Source: Azolla caroliniana (lineage: Eukaryota > Plantae > Polypodiophyta). From it: a stretch of DNA of 64,000 nt. Both the position numbers and the translations under genes were made by a program. Location: contig JBHGNT010000013.1 of the NCBI GenBank assembly GCA_043228905.1, forward strand, positions 14,756,001-14,820,000, in the 5' to 3' direction. Positions 34,844 through 48,827 of this stretch are shown here, one piece after another; the stretch's first letter is position 1, and the number at the start of each line of letters is the position of its first letter. The notes under the pieces were generated by a model. The model saw only the letters and a list, made by a program, of their open reading frames with translations, made no database searches and was not told where the DNA came from.

Positions 34844-35915
34844 GGGAAAAGTATCAGGATACCCCTACAAGTTCGTCTATTTACCAAAATGCCCCTGAAA
34901 GTTCCAAATTTACCAAACTACCCCTATGTCTAAAAAAATACACTTTATAAAGTAATTATACACTCAAATCTACAAGCCCTATTTACCATAATACCCTTCA
35001 AACACAAATTTCTTTACTTAAGCGATTATGTGGGTCCTTTGTACCTAACAATGTAGTCTTTCTTTTCTTTCTTCTTCATTGGGTTTATCAATCGTCTTCA
35101 TCATCAAGATATGGGGTTATCTTGTGCATTATTAGATATTTTGTTGAGTCCATAGATATATTTGATTGTGTGGATATTTTTGGAATTACACTTTTTGGAG
35201 ACGGGTCAAAATTAACATGTAATTATTACATTTCAATAATTAATTTTGGTTTGCGAGTATTTTTTAAATTGATGAGATTTAGTTGTGATTGCATTTTGCT
35301 AACAAAATTTAGTTTAAAATCATGAAATTTGGTTTAAGATGGCCTTTTAATAGCAAAGTCTTATGTGAGATTTCGTTTAAAATTATATTTTGGTAGCAAC
35401 GTTTTTCATGAGATTTGGTTTAACATTTTGGCCGCAAATTGTTTGTGAATTCTCACATTCATGGAATTTGGCTTCAAAATGGCATCCCAATGGTAAAATT
35501 TGGTGTGCGATCAAATGTTTTGGTTTTAAGATTTTATTTTGGTCACTTCAATCACAAATTTTGGTTTTATGGGATTAAGCCAGTATAATTCGGTGTAAAT
35601 TCATAGATTTGGATTTTAAGGTGACCTTTCAATTGAAATTTTTGATATATAATATAATATTGATAATTTAGTTTGATTTATGATGTATTTTGAAAAATAA
35701 AAGTGGTATAAATTGGTCAAAATAGGTATATAGTAGCATTATGGTAAATAAGTTTAGGTTTAAGGGTACTCTGGTAAATAAGGCTTGTAGATTTGAGTGT
35801 ATAATTACTTTATAAAGTGTATTTTTTGGACATAGGGGTAGTTTGGTAAATTTGGAACTTCCAAGGGCATTTTAGTAAATAGAAGAACTTCCAGGGGTAT
35901 CCTGGTACTTTTCCC
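34844..35915. mobile_element. Mutator-like non-autonomous DNA transposon (MITE/MULE) with ~155-bp TIRs
   Basis: GGGAAAAGTATCAGGATACCCCT... at left and ...AGGGGTATCCTGGTACTTTTCCC at right, long TIRs, AT-rich non-coding interior. Flanks TATAATATT / TATAATCCG (partial 9-bp TSD). Confidence 0.88.
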
Positions 35916-35945
35916 TATAATCCGTCTATCTATCTCTCTCTATCA

Positions 35946-37950
35946 GGTGAAAACACATAATTCTATTAATAAATATATGTGAGAAACACTACTTACAATG
36001 GGTACACAATGGAGTATTGTCACCCAGTAACTACATGGCTAGTGGAACATGTTGATTGCGAATAAACAAGATGAACACTCCACCGAGGAAACAATTTCCA
36101 CTTGCTCCAATAAATAAAATTGACACGTTAGTAATCCTTCAACTTTCATAAAATTTGTGCTTGATCCATGCCTACCATCAAGTACAAAAGCATTGTGCAT
36201 ATCCCAATTATGACGCAATCCCCAATACCTTAGAAATAGGAAAACGATCTTCATCTTTAATTTTCGGTTGACTCATGTGAATTGTGCAAGCACCCATTGT
36301 CTTGGTGTTAAATAACATAATGACAAAACTTGCCAAATTTGAGAAATGTAACTCCAAATCTAATACGCAATCGAACATTGTATGAAACAATGAGTATTAT
36401 CTTCTATGTGAACAATGCAAAAGAAACATTTTCCCGTTGCTAGTCCACCTCGTTTAGAGCTAATCGCATAGGCAAACCCCAAACTCTCTAAATGAAGACC
36501 TTCACTACAAGTGGCAATTTAGAATGCTACTACATTTTAAGATTTGGCACCATCCACAAGTAGAGTTATATACTTTTCATTCTTCTTCAGCCTTAGATGA
36601 TAGTCACCTAAGATACTTAATGCAACAATGATATAAGATATTAGTAGTCACTTAGAGAAAAGATGTTTAACCCTATAAACATCAAGCAACCCATGATTAC
36701 TCTTTTGTTTATAAAGGTAAAGGATCTTGCATCAATGCAATATTTTGTAGTTTTTGCTAGATTAAGTCATAATTGGGTGGGATGCATAATAACTGTCATG
36801 CTTCAACAAACTCCATAATTCTTTGAGATTGAGCCTCAACTACATCTCACACCTCAACTATTATAGTTAGATCCAAAAACAAGAAGGTTATTCAACATAA
36901 ATACTAATGCTCTTCTTGCCATACAAATAATGAGAGAGCTTGTTTCCATGAGACAACCAAGTGTTGAACACATGAAGAGCAAGGAATCCTAAATGGAATA
37001 TATTGGTTTAGTAATTGTCACCATTAAACCTTAATCGTTGTCCTCCCATGAGTTATACCCTCATTAACAATTAAATATCGAACAATCGACATCCATGGAT
37101 GTGAGTTCGAGCACATTTCTTACAATAATGAAAATCCAATATTGCATAGATAAGTCTAATATTGCAGCTCCAACAAAACAATTAGGGGTTGGTAGATTAT
37201 TCCACACAACCCATGTGATTCCAATCTTATCCCTCTTTCTCCACCCAATACATGAACTTATCACTTGACTTGCTAGACATCCATTGAATAAATTGGTTGT
37301 TCGTAACATTCATTCCCAATGGATACCCCAAGTGTCGAAAAATAGAGCTCTCTCTAATCACGGATCCTTGCCAACCTAGACATTCGAAATCCCTTTCAAT
37401 ACATTAAATGAGGCTAGACTTCCTCTAATTAATAATATGTAATCTGAATGCCAATGCAAATTGGCTCCATACAAGCATCCCCTTCTCAAGATTTTCATAC
37501 CAGGCTCGTATGTAATCCGAACGAATCATATGTTAAGGCTTGTCTTAATAGTTGCCCTGCATATGAAAGATCTAGATCCACTGTCACCATGAGTTGCAAG
37601 TCTTGATAACATCACCAACAAATGATGTGACAATATCAAAAAATAATGGGCTAACTAGGTATCCTTAAATAGATCTCATGAGGGGACTATTTGATGTAAT
37701 TCCCACATTAAGCATTACTATAGACACCACATCTTGTCCTAATCAAAATACGAGGCGAGACGTATGTGGTCCAAAGCCCATTGTATCCATTAACTTGGAA
37801 ACAAAGAACCAATTAGCATGATTATAAGCTCTCTCCAAATCTAATTGCACCATAATCAATTCTTTATGAGTGTGTCGTGCATAATCCATGGCTATTTGAC
37901 CTTCCTGATTTCCCCTTCGCCTTGCCCTTTACGTGAAACCAATGTTTATC
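35946..37950 (-). mobile_element. Old, highly decayed L1 ORF2 fragment
   Basis: FLRYWGLRHNWDMHNAFV and ITWVVWNNLPTPNCFVGAAILDL remnants homologous to the 27261-32820 LINE. Confidence 0.75.
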
Positions 37951-38129
37951 AACAATCACAATGTGTGCACTCAATTACAACATTTAGTACTTGAAAGAGT
38001 TGTATTTTTTTGTTCTATAGGTCATATATGTTACCTCTGAAGACGATAATAAGATCTATCTACCTCTATCTAAAGAAGATTAGTGACCCTCCAAGTGCTA
38101 ACTTTCCCATATATATATATATATACTCT

Positions 38130-41100
38130 TATAGGGTTCATGCTAGGTCGGCGCATTGGCCTATGCACAGTATTTATTATAGCGTTTGGCATAATAGCCA
38201 AATGATGAATAAGAGCAGTATATAATTGGTGAGCGTGCATCCAAGCTATATGATGGACATGCCTAAATACTTGGGGTGCCATACATAGTGAAGATCGAGT
38301 GTGGTCAAATCACTCCAACTCAATGCCAATGTCCAACCAATGTGTTTGAAAATACTATATAATCTTGTTCTTCTTCTATATAAATAAATATTCTTTTGTT
38401 CCATTGCATAATCATTATTATGTTTAGCTTCATCTTGGATTTTGTCTCGACTTCCATGTCTAGTGTCATTTTGATGATAAACACCTCGATATGGAAGATC
38501 CCTATGGTCTAGAAAAAACAATCTCAATAAGCACATGAATAAAGTTTGAGTTGTTGAATTTGTGGCCTATATTGTATGGAAAAGGGGAGTGGATCTTTTG
38601 TGGATTGTTTCGCTTTGCCACTCCATGTGATTTCATCATGCCATCCTCTTTATAATTAATGGTCATGTTCTTTTGATAAGCATTATGGTTATAAAACTGT
38701 TTTGCAAAGACCATACCCTTGTTGATTTTCATGTGACACATTTTGCTCATTGCATCATACAAACAAATGCACATGCACCCATATCAATACTTTCTATTGT
38801 TTGTGTTAACAACATAGTCCTTAATGTGTGTTGCCTCTCGTATCCATAAAGCATTTCTTTGCATTGTGCTTATATCATAAAACATATGGTCCAATTTATT
38901 GCAAATTTAGATTTCGTTAGACATCATTATTATTGATGAAAGCTTGAGCCCATGAACACTTTGGCTAACCTAAGAGTCAATAGAGATTGGTTATTGAAGG
39001 AATCTCCAAAGGTTTACATAATAATAATAGAACTGTTTTTTCATCAAATATATAGTTAAAAGTGTTTATTTCTATCAACAATAGACTTAACAACGAGATC
39101 ACATTATAAAACAAGAAGAAAATTTTGTAAGGTCGGTCATTTAAATTATTATGTGTTATAGCAGTAAAAGATGATAGAATTTAAATAAATGACTCTAAAT
39201 AACACACTAAGAAAGGATAAGAGAGAGCGAGGATCTCTAGCTTAACAAGATTTACAAACTATTTCTAAAGAAGATTGAGTGCACCATGTAATACTAGAGA
39301 CCATGAAAATAATAATGTGCATTTTCTTGGAGAACCTTAGGAAAAATCTTCTAGCTCAAAGGTGTGTGACAAGGAGTCACACATATGTAAAGAGATTATA
39401 TGTGCATATATATGTAACATAGATTTCATATCATTGTATTCTACTATTGTGGGATGCCATTATGGAGATACATGATAAAAGTATCTAAGAATATTTTCAT
39501 TTCCCTCTCAGACTAGATCCATCTTCTAGAGTTAGGCAAAACATTTGATAAATAAAATATGCCAAGGTTATCCATGCTCATTGCTACAGGATAAAGCCAC
39601 GACATACAAACTATATTCCTCCTCCACACATGTTTGCAAACATTAACTAGGACTCAAAAGACTGTACAACCGAACATTGTACTTATGTAATGAAGAAAAA
39701 AGAAAAGTGGAGATAGCAAGAATCCATAGATTATTGATATTATAGATGGATATCCAAACAAAAAAACAAGGGAAACTAGAAATTCCCTAGCGGCGCACAA
39801 ACACCCTAGTGGCACACACCACCCTTCAAGCAAGTCCCTTCATTTTTTGTCCACAAAACTACCAAAATATCCATCATATTTTCCAAATTCTTAAACATCT
39901 GCTCAATGTCTTTCTTTCTGTGTTGGCTTGGTGGTTTACACAGTACGTCGTGGGCTCATCCACATCCCATAGATTGTATCTATCTCTCATGGGTGTTAAT
40001 ACAATATTTATCTACATCTTTCCTTTTTATGTTAATGAGCTCGCCCTAATAGTAAATGTTCAAGTCATCAACGCATAAGATCATGGGCACCACATGTAGA
40101 AATAGAAAGCATACATAATTTCATTAAATATTGTTAATTTAAGAGACACATACATGTTCCTTTTAAAAGTAGGACTTGTCCGGTACTATTTAAGTACAGT
40201 CATGAATCTTCAATCAATCATTTCATTGCATCAAATTGAGTATTTGCGAAAACATCATTTAAACCTAATCATAATGTGTAGTGATAACTTATATCTTTAA
40301 TATTATCAACAACATACCATTAGATATTTGTTTTTCTATATTTGTTGACGATTTTAGAGTTGTGTGTTTGGTGCAACATAAGCAATATTTCTTTAATTAT
40401 AATTTCATGGGTATATTCCAAAGGCTTTTACCCATATTGTGATGCAAGACACTAGTGGACTTGTAACTTGTCCACGTATCAAAGTTTCTTAAAGCACATA
40501 GAGCAACAATATATCCACATTATGCTTTTAACACATGATCTCTTATTTATACATGAATCCCATGTGAACTAAATGGACATCTTTGAGCAAAAGTTGGCTT
40601 TCTTTGATTGGTTGAAATACAAAACTAATGCCACTTTGCAAGCACTCTTATTCCTAGAGTCAACTACAACATGCACTCCTTGTTTAGTCATTGTCAACCC
40701 TTTTTCCTATAAGTGTGAAATATTTCACATATGTTTCTGTAGCACCTAGGCGTATGTATCTTTATTCGTAAAGTAATCCAAACACTATGTCGATGACTCT
40801 TTTGCTTATTTTGCTTATTAAACGCTTGTTTGTAGCAAAGACATGAACAATCCATTGGGTTCCAAAATCAATGAATTTTTATTGTGTTCATCACCATATA
40901 GGTTCCTCAATAATCATCTCTCGATCTTCTATGTTTTCAATAAACATAAGAATGAAATATTTTGAAGATTGTGTCATTGTCACATAATCAAATTTCATAA
41001 CCTTAACATGCATGCGGAAACCTTTCTCAATTGCAAACCACAACTTTAGACTATTTATTGGTGGACAACGACACAACACATGTAAGTCAAGAGTTGTGAA

Positions 41101-41250
41101 TGTTATGCAAAAAATTATTAATTGGTTGGTCATATTTAATAGAGTTAAGAATTGTATCCATTTAAACAATTTACCTAGGAATGAACGAGCAAATTGAAGA
41201 AATTGTGCTTAGGATTACAATCATATAAACCGGAGCAAGAAAAATCCCCA
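38130..41250 (-). mobile_element. Possible decayed MULE-type transposase region
   Basis: Only scattered motifs (WFAIEKGFRM; QTHWLDIG) reminiscent of MuDR/FAR1 transposases. No clear termini. Confidence 0.3.
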
Positions 41251-41833
41251 CTATACATTTACTAGGTTTACACTTACTTAACAAAACAATGAACAAGTGG
41301 CCAAAGTGTTGGAAGGACTCTCCAAATTTTGAAGAGCATGGAATGAATCGAGACTATCTTGTGTTTCAAGGTAAGAAGGCAAACTAACAAACATATAGCC
41401 TCTCTTTTATTCCCCTCACGCTCAGATCGGTAAAGGGTATACCCGACAATGTGAACAAGATGTCATGTAGTAAAATTTTTTTGTTGTTCTTGTTTTCTTT
41501 CAGCCATACAATATACAGTAATTTAAAAATCTCTACAGAAAGAACAAACGGTGTAAGTAGAAGTACTTGGGATTATGGTGCCAGTTTGTCGTCGTCATGG
41601 AAAACATATTGATTGATGGCGTTGAATATAAACCAAGATGAATCTTTTGGAGACCGTCAAGCTCGGATTCTAATTCAAAAGGTTTTCAACTCACGATGAT
41701 GATCAGGAAACGTTAAGCATGCATGCCCACCCATGTGGTTTCGGCTCTTTAATTCTTAATATAACGAGGACCCGAAAGTGCACTTAGACCTAGAGTCTTG
41801 AAACATGTTTTATAGACATATGTATCATCCGCC

Positions 41834-41979
41834 ATGGGGCTGTCGGAAAAATTAAAACTTTCACAATTTAATGGTTAGAAAAGAAAAGGGTACATAATTA
41901 TATGGGCAATGGGACTGTCTAGAAAAATTAGAACTTTCACAATTTAATGGTTAAAAAGGAAAAAGGTGCATAATTATAT
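41834..41979. repeat. ~76-bp tandem duplication
   Basis: ATGGGxCTGTC..GAAAAATTA.AACTTTCACAATTTAATGGTTA.AAA.GAAAA.GGT.CATAATTATATG occurs twice. Confidence 0.85.
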
Positions 41980-42459
41980 GTATGGAACAAAGATGAGCAC
42001 TCAAATTGGAGTAGTTGCATTGCTAGGATTGAAATCAATTTACTACACACATTAATGAAGGAGAATATGGGTAGTGAAGGCAAAAGGGGGGGGGGGGGGG
42101 GGGTCTTTCTTTTGACATGAATGTTGTTAAAAAAGAGTTTAGAAAAAGGAAATTTAATAAATTGAGTGCAGCAAACAAACAAAACCCATTATATATAAAA
42201 TGTATACTATAGACATAGACATGTATTGTATTCAATTCAGTTAAAAACGGTGGGTTTCATAAGTTTGTAACAGTGAAGAGTAGATATATAGAGATATGTA
42301 TGATATTCAATTCAGTTAAAAATGGTGGGTTTCTTTGTTACACCATAAGCATGCTCTCAGTAGTTGGAGGAGGAGTACTAGTCATGGTATCTTAGCTTTT
42401 CATTTATGTCTCTGTATAACCTGAGATTTCTAGTTAATTATTCTTCTGAGTGTAATCCT

Positions 42460-42462
<3 letters not shown>

Positions 42463-42534
<72 letters not shown>
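42463..42534. repeat. (TA)n(CA)n compound microsatellite
   Basis: Directly visible, ~50 bp upstream of the VAP ATG. Confidence 0.95.
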
Positions 42535-42582
42535 TATAGCTTGTAAAATTATACTGGAGGCCAGCAAGCAAACCAGCCAGCT

Positions 42583-45500
42583 ATGGTGGCATCCATCAGC
42601 ACCAAAAACCCTAGGAGAGGTTCACAGTGGAGGTCAGGAGGAGGAGGAGGAGGAGGGGAATTCCAAGAAGCCATGGTTCCTGTGCCGCCGACCAATACCA
42701 CCGGAAAAGCAGAGGATGTGGTAGAGGAGGTGTCTGCCTCCGCGGAGGAGGCGGACACCACGAGATCGGACCAAGGGGGGCCAGGCCGGCTGTGTGGGGC
42801 AGAAGACACCGCCTCGACAAGGAGGCGGAGGAGGAGGCGGTCATGGTGGCACCTTGTCTCTACCCAACACCACCCCACTCCTCTTCATTCCTTATCATCA
42901 TCATCATCTTCTTCATCTTCATCATCATCCACAAATTATTTCCACACTAGTCTGTGCCCCTCGAGTCGTGCCGATCCCATCTCTTCTGCCTCTCAGCCGA
43001 TGAGCCGTCCACATTCAATCTGGACTCCTCCGCCGATGCCTTGTGCCTCTATCAAGTTATTGCATCTTCTGGACCTCTCCTCTCCGTGGCAACGGAGGCA
43101 TGGCCTACGCTTCCAGCCCAGCAATCACAAGCTCTACTTCCCTTGTGAGTTCCCCTCCCTACCTCAAATTTGTTTTTTTTCTTTCTTTTATTTAATTTTT
43201 TGACTGCTGTTCTTTCATCAGAATTTAAGCCATGAAAATTGAGAGAGAGCCCCCCCTTGAGTTCGAGTTCGATACACCGAACCCCTCTTGTATAATTCAG
43301 GCCATAGTTGAGATAGCTGTGACAAACATTTTGGATGCCACCACAACTGGACTAGTCCTCGGCCCCGGCCATAGACCTAGATAAATTGGGGCCATACTTT
43401 GAGATGGGTGAGTCGAACAGTTCGGAGACCCTGAGGTCGTGAATTTGATACATCGACATGGCATGTAGTTCAGGAGAATGTAGTTATCCCGTAATTCAAT
43501 TCGTCATAACTGTATATTATTCGGACATGGCATGTAGTTCAGGAGAATGTAGTTATCCCGTAATTCAATTCACTGTAGCCATATATGATTTGGACATGGC
43601 ATGTAGTTCAGGAGAATGTAGTTATGCCGTAATTCAATTCGTCGTAGCCGTATATGATTTGCCCCTGAGTTTGATACATGGACATGGCATGTAGTTCAGG
43701 TACTAATACAAAGATGTATGAGACTCACGATTTGAAGCCGCGTGTTTGCGTCCGGCATTGACCAGTTTACAACAAGGGTAAGCCCATTATGATACCACAA
43801 TGATGTATGCATGAAAATAGGGATTTGAACCCATGGCCTTCATGTACAAGTAGGGTAAGCCCAGCCAGTATGATAAAAAAAACAAAAAACAGAGAGATGG
43901 TGATCATCACAAATAATTGTCCACAACTATCTAATGTTACACTTTTTATATAGTCGCATTACAACAACATCTTTTTGTTCTTCTCTTTTTATTTCTTTGT
44001 CAAACATCACCTTTTATGAACCTTTTTTCATTAAGGTCACGTGGATCGGACCTTTTTTCTTAACCAACTTGCTAACAAAACTTCTAAATGTGTTGTCATC
44101 TAATGGGACAAAAAAGTGAATAAAAAAAAGATTCTCGTCTATGCAGCAGCCACACATTGGATAAGAACTACACATGGCAATTGAATGTGCTTGTTTACAT
44201 TCATGGTATTATCAATCCATATTTAAGGTTGTAGATATACAATTGAGGTTTGTAGAATGCAAAACCAGGTTTTGGATTATGTGTTGTCATGATTATAGGT
44301 GCAAGTTGGGATGTCGAAGCAAGCTTGCCTATGGAGTAGGCATCCTTTCTAGACTTATGAAATATCCAAGAAAATAATTCTTTGAATGGGCCTAATTTTT
44401 TCATGACTAACAAAAGATCAAACATCACCAGCCACTTAAAGGATAAGAATATAAAGGGCCCACCCCATTATGATTTGAGCATTCAACAAAACTTATTTTT
44501 ATTGAAAAGTATCATTTTGAAGTTCTGGATCTTATATTGTAAAGGGACGAAATGAATTGCCATGTTTCTTAGACCCATAGATTCATTGTCAGGAACGAAA
44601 GTTGGAATATAACGTCTACATTTTGGGCTCTAGCATCCTCAAGGTGACAATGCATTGACCTTTTGTGTATCAGGTCTGAAGTTTAGCTGTGCTTGGTAGA
44701 ACTTAATAGATTTGATTGGGTAATTTGGTTTTATTATATGTCTTCCCTCTACAATTATATGACTTTGCTTGCAAGAATTGATCCTTATCTATGTTGCTCT
44801 GTTTTAAGCTATGATTACACATACCTAAAAGGAGAGATTTATGTCCATATACTACTATATTTTGATCCTGGATTTGGCAGCATTTGGGACAAGAAATTAA
44901 CTAATCTATTCCTGATGAAAAATAGTGGATATATGCAAATAAAACTGTGTAATCGATGCATGCACAGATGAACCAGGAAAGCAGTCCACAAGTGCTGTGA
45001 GAATAATGAATGTCAGTGGATCAGCTATTGCATTCAAAGTGAGCAGCAAGCTTTTGGTTTTACATTTGACACATCCCCCTCATGGGCTCTTCTGAAAAAC
45101 TCTGATCATGATTCTTTCTATCAGTTTCAGACAACATCACCAAAGAGCTGTTTTATGAGGCCTCCTAATGGTGTTCTCTCCTCCGGTGAATCAATTGTTG
45201 CTAGCGGTATGTACATATTTACATGTGTTTGCATTTACTTATATATACGCGGATATGGTTTGCTTCATCTGAGCTGGACAAGGGCCTTGATGTGTGTGCA
45301 GTTGTCAAATTTATTGAGCTCCCTGATGCTCTCAAAGAAGCACCACTGGTTGTGCAAAAGAGAACTACTCGTGACAAGTTCAAGATAGTTAGCTTGAAGA
45401 TAGAGGAAGGCATTGAATTCACCCCAGATCTGGTACTAAAAGAAAATAGAGAACATTTATTAACTTAATGAAAATCACAATGTTTCTTACAGACATTTTC

Positions 45501-46377
45501 GTACTATTGTCCCCACATTGTGGTTTCCTCAATTGCAGAAGGTTATATTGCCCATCATAAAATTCACTTGAACATTCTTGGGAAACATGAGAGAAAATAT
45601 GCTCTTTTGCAAAAGGGGAAATGTCTAAAACTTCTATGTTAATGGTTAATGAATAGGTCACTACTCAGTAATAGTACAGTTATTCTTTGAATGCAGCTTG
45701 ATGCGATAATAAACTGAAGCTCGTCTTATGTGTCACTTGCAGTTTGATGAGCGTAAAGAGCTTGTTGCAGTGGAGCAGATCCTACAAGTAGTCCTTTTAA
45801 ACCCAAGCCATCATTGTCATGTATGTCAAGAATAATTTTGAATGTCTCGAGAAGTTTTTGCACACGTACTTCAACTCCATGTACATTTATTTACTTGATG
45901 ATTTTGGAGTTCCTTTCTGGTTGTTCAGGAATCAATTGAGCTGAAGTCGCTCCTTGCTGAAGCAGATGCAGCACAAGACTCCAGGAAAAAATTTGAAGCA
46001 CAACAACCAAATGGCATGCGAAACATAAATGATATTAATATCTTAGAAGAATGGGTAAAATCTGATGGCACTTGAATATAGCCTATGATTGGAAATTCCT
46101 CTAGATAAGATAGTGCATTATCACAAGACCTGGCAAATTTTAAACTTCCCATCAGCAAGACTCATAGCTTAAAAATCTGGCCAAGTCATATGGATAAATC
46201 CATAGGATTATAAAAAAATGTTTATGGCTCATTACTAATCTTTATTTCTTCAGAAACAACAGAAATTAGCTAGAATAAAAAAATGATCAAACCTTCTTCA
46301 AACCCATAATGTGCTTATAGTGTTTTTTATGTACCATGCAGAGGCAGCGGAAATTAGCTAGAGAAAAAGCTAAATGA
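42583..46377 (+). CDS. VAP4-like MSP-domain (vesicle-associated) protein; exons 42583-43144, 44968-45038, 45125-45206, 45302-45432, 45743-45820, 45929-46054, and last exon 46254-46286 or 46342-46377
   Basis: All introns GT-AG and in phase. Spliced protein LRFQPSNHKLYFPYEPGKQSTSAVRIMNVSGSAIAFKFQTTSPKSCFMRPPNGVL...FDERKELVAVEQILQVV...LEEW matches plant VAP4/PVA4 proteins. Start codon uncertain. Confidence 0.9.
43456..43700. repeat. 69-bp minisatellite (3 copies + partial) in VAP intron 1
   Basis: GACATGGCATGTAGTTCAGGAGAATGTAGTTATCCCGTAATTCAATTC... repeated head to tail. Confidence 0.9.
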
Positions 46378-46672
46378 GGTGCCCTAGATACTGTGGAAGG
46401 CCCTGTTGGTGCATACAATCTGGAGGATCTTACATATGTACATTTAATAGCCAAAGATGACTTAAACATGTCAATTTGGATTTTGAGCAATTGATTAATT
46501 AAGCCTATAGAAGCAACAGCAATATGGAGTATTAAGAATGAAGCAAATTTTGCACAACAGGTTGTGCAGTCTTTGCTTCAATAACTTTTTCATCTCCAAC
46601 ATATCAGTTGAGACAAAGCCTTGGGTTTGTCTCAATCCAGATCAGATTTTTGCTGAATGTAAAAGATTTGTA

Positions 46673-47011
46673 ACTAGAATTAACCACATTATTTTTTTAG
46701 GGACTTTCCAATTTTTAACTCTTTGAAACGTTGTGAAGGGAGATGTTCTCTTGCTTTTCAATGAAGTAACACAAATTTTCAGGATAAGAGCACGTGAGAA
46801 CTCTTCATAATCATTCTGGATAGGTGATTTTTCCTTTTATGCATTCTTTACAAGATTCCTAATTGCTAGAACTAACCACATTAATTTTTTAAGAACTTTC
46901 CAATTTTAAACACTTTGAAACATTGTGAAGGGAGATGTTCTCTTGCTTTTCAATGAAGTAACACAATTTTTCAGGATAAAAGCACGTGAGAACTCTTCAT
47001 AATCATTCTGG
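46673..47011. repeat. ~190-bp-period direct duplication downstream of VAP
   Basis: TAACCACATT...TTGTGAAGGGAGATGTTCTCTTGCTTTTCAATGAAGTAACAC...CACGTGAGAACTCTTCATAATCATTCTGGA occurs twice. Confidence 0.9.
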
Positions 47012-48827
47012 AACACAATTTCTTTTTAAAGAGAACATTATTGACATATGCAATCTATATAACTCGCAATACCAATTCTTTTGCTTTGATTCTAAAGATG
47101 CCATTAATTCACAGAAACATCAGGATGGTTTGCCTTAATTCTATCACAGATTAGAGTTTTCCAACCAAAAAAAGGGGATATATATAGAGCCTTTTTTACT
47201 TCACTACAGGTTCTATATATATGTCCTGATTTTTATTGCAATCAGGATGTTTTTAAAGCTTCGAGATGGAGATGTCAAAGGAAGAAGAGTCCAACGCTCC
47301 TCGCTAAAATATCACCATTAATGCTAGAAATGCTATGTTTTAGCCATAGAATGTAATATACACATTTGTTTGCTCAAACATTTCTTTTCATTCGTTTGCA
47401 AACAAATGCAAAACATACTTCTGTTTTTTTTACTTCTTACTTTTTATGTGGGTCACTTTCAGTGATGCCGCCGCATCACAGAGGGTCGAGTGGGTAACAG
47501 AACGCGTTGACCCTCACCATGCCTCAAGGTCCACCTTCGCCATGCCTCCATGCTGCTTTTGCCCTTTTTCCCCTCCACCATCACCACGTCTCTCCACCAC
47601 TCTAATGGAGGCGTGGATTAATTCATGATGAATTGTCTAATTAGGATAGAATTAGCACCCACTGAACCTTGTCCTTGATTAGGATAGCTCCAAATGGTAA
47701 TTAGGGCATGACCAGGTCACCTTCACCACGCCTCTCAGCTACTTTGCCCTCTCAGTGCTTCGAGGGTAAATAAATATTATAGTAAATAATGAATCCAAAA
47801 GTATGGTATTTACCATACTTCGGGGGTGTTTACCATACTCGAATGTATGGTACGTATGGATCATGCTATGGTTGTAGCTCCCATATGACATCCCAAGATT
47901 GCACACAGCACATTGCCTGGTTTAGATAGTGCACTTGGTAGACTTGAAAAACACATATTGTGTCATAGTTCAGAAACTATATGCAGTATCTTGTTTCAAA
48001 CACACCATATCAGATTTTATCACTGTGTGGTGGTAACTATTGGAAGCTTGGGTTTAGTTTTGGCTCAAACGAACTTTTAATGCATGTTGAACACTCATCC
48101 TTCTTTCCATACTTGGTGCAAAAATCAAGCATTACATACGATGGACTCGTTTCAAGGACATTGAAATGTATATCCTGTATTTAATTATCTAGATATGTAT
48201 ATGTTTGCGTGTGAAACACCAAATGGAAGTGACGAACCTCAGCTATTTAAGAAGCATTATCTCAAGAATATGAATCAATTGAAATCCATGTAACCTTTAC
48301 CTTTAAAAACCTTGATTCTCCACTCGGTTTTCACAGTATGCTATGTATGTTCATCATGGATCTGCACATATTGTCGACCCTGCAAATTGTGGAATTTCTG
48401 AGCACGATAGAAGAGAGATATCTAATAAAGATCATCACGAAAATAATACATGATTAGCATTGTAGAATATCTCACTGGTTTTTATTACCTGATCTGACCA
48501 TAAAGCAGCAGCACAGATGGACATCTCCAACAATGAAAAATCAGTTTTAATGACATCAGACCTGAGCACTTGATCCTTCCATAACTAAACCTACTCTGCC
48601 ACAAACAGCTCAATCACTTTTGTCCACCTTGATCCCAACAGCTCCAGACAGATCACATACACATACAAGAGCTTGAATTTCACGTTAAATAACCTAGCAA
48701 TGTTCTTAATATATATATGAGCATTTTTGCTATAAGATTCAGTATGCATTTGAGGTCTCACAGCCCAATTTACACATTCACATGGCATCTAGGTTCTGTT
48801 GTTAATTACAGCATCAAACATTCTAGA

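Larger units (their letters stand above)
32870..35944 (+). mobile_element. 3' fragment of an RTEX/RTE-like LINE, split by a solo LTR and a MITE
   Basis: Post-RT region (LWGGSIPKSTWKEFENVQK...LLETGSLPIE), C-terminal RLSSHAFQCDTGGR...RLCTFC..E.EYHTLIQC..FDHIR zinc finger, and a (TATC)n-like tail at 35925-35944. Confidence 0.7.

Noticed and set aside
43456-43700. Repeat array resembling CRISPR
   Set aside because: The units are contiguous, the variable parts are homologous to each other and not unique spacers, there are no cas genes, and it lies in a eukaryotic intron.
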